Source: Nanobdellota archaeon
GTDB taxonomy: Archaea > Nanobdellota > Nanobdellia > Nanobdellales > Nanobdellaceae
Assembly (NCBI GenBank): GCA_020697515.1
Contig: JAIXNB010000029.1
Span: 1-12,707 of the forward strand
Length of the DNA: 12,707 bases
Direction of reading: 5' to 3'
Each line of letters begins with the position of its first letter. Within the stretch, counting starts at the first letter, position 1. A program made the translations under genes and the position numbers. Positions 12,261-12,707 of the stretch are shown piece after piece. Below the pieces are notes generated by a model. It made no database searches, was not told the origin of the DNA, and was given only the letters and a program-made list of their open reading frames with translations.

Positions 12261-12707
12261 AAGTTTTACGAGCATCAACATAATTAACATCTAAACTGTA
12301 CCATTTAGCCTTGTACTCTATGAAGAACTGTAGTTTTCTGAAGTTCCACCTATTCAATCTTCTCCTTAAGTTTTTGTTCTTTTTATTCACGGAATTTCGT
12401 ATATATTTTAAGTTTTCCATAATGATTTTAGTGTTGTATTTTAGAGCTTCAGAGATGATTATAGCTGAAACTTTATGCAGGAAATCTTCAACTCTTCTTT
12501 TTTCTCTACCAGAATACTTTCTTAATATTTTTCTCATTTTTTGTGGCTTTTTAGCAAGTTTTCTCTGAATTTTTTCTCTTTTCTTAGAGTATTCATCATG
12601 AATTCTTTTCACCTTATATATGTCAAGCCTTACAGTTTTAATAACGTTTCCATTATTATCGAAAATTGAGTATGTAATGTTTTTCTCGTTGATGTCTATC
12701 GTCATAA
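12184..12707 (-). CDS. tnpB: IS200/IS605-family TnpB (OrfB, RNA-guided nuclease) C-terminal half; the 5' part lies beyond the window and the 3' end is apparently degraded
   Basis: Motifs: IDINE (RuvC-I Asp), IIMENLKYI (RuvC-II Glu), [43 protein letters not shown]. This is the classic TnpB core up to the first CxxC of the zinc finger. The M at 12705 is probably internal, since the frame is open to the window edge. Confidence 0.85.
   Translation of the reverse strand, partial: [173 protein letters not shown]

Larger units (their letters stand above)
12040..12707 (-). mobile_element. Right-hand portion of an IS200/IS605 (IS1341-like) element; the right-end boundary is not resolved (somewhere in about 12030-12125)
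   Basis: The tnpB gene is followed by a GC-rich non-coding tail. The element abuts the 3' end of ogt (stop at 12029). No tnpA is visible in the window. Confidence 0.6.

Noticed and set aside
8705-12568. ORFs 8705..8890, 10629..10925, 11287..11511 and 12311..12568 (+), antisense to aspS, the protease, L40e and tnpB.
   Set aside because: They are shadow ORFs opposite genes with clear motifs and have no independent support.

Overview
This is a strongly AT-rich, gene-dense archaeal chromosomal segment. The archaeal call rests on an archaeal-type AspRS, ribosomal protein L40e, a two-domain protein disulfide oxidoreductase, and TATA-like boxes centred about 26 nt upstream of most start codons, which implies leaderless mRNAs. 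The proteins look crenarchaeal or thermophile-like, but the organism cannot be named from sequence alone.

Contents from left to right:
- A partial unknown gene on the minus strand.
- An ArsR-family regulator divergent from a protein disulfide oxidoreductase (PDO) / thioredoxin reductase pair.
- A DUF59 Fe-S assembly protein.
- A solitary, N-terminally short trpC-like gene.
- A same-strand (minus) block aspS > gatC > gatA > gatB > asnS.
- A tight minus-strand operon of L40e, an M50 site-2 protease and a UPF0148 zinc-ribbon protein.
- ogt (O6-alkylguanine-DNA alkyltransferase).
- The right-hand part of an IS200/IS605-type element, with a tnpB gene that runs off the window.

I found no tRNA, rRNA, CRISPR array or recognisable defence island, and most of the window is ordinary housekeeping.

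Observations worth a second look:
1. An 8-codon leaderless micro-ORF, MFLCWWSE, with tandem Trp codons. It sits at exact promoter spacing just upstream of the trpC-like gene and is followed by T-tracts, so it is a candidate Trp-sensing leader.
2. The trpC-like protein lacks the usual N-terminal helical extension and stands alone, away from any trp operon.
3. The direct route (AsnRS) and indirect route (AspRS plus GatCAB) to Asn-tRNA are encoded side by side. The AspRS also carries the same DPRAPTG loop as the AsnRS.
4. A single palindromic TATA box lies equidistant between the two divergent leaderless genes arsR and pdo.
5. The tnpB reading frame stops right after the first CxxC of its zinc finger, next to a (TG)n tract, while a GC-rich island that may be omega-RNA scaffold persists.

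All homology statements come from my own recognition of motifs. No database search was run.
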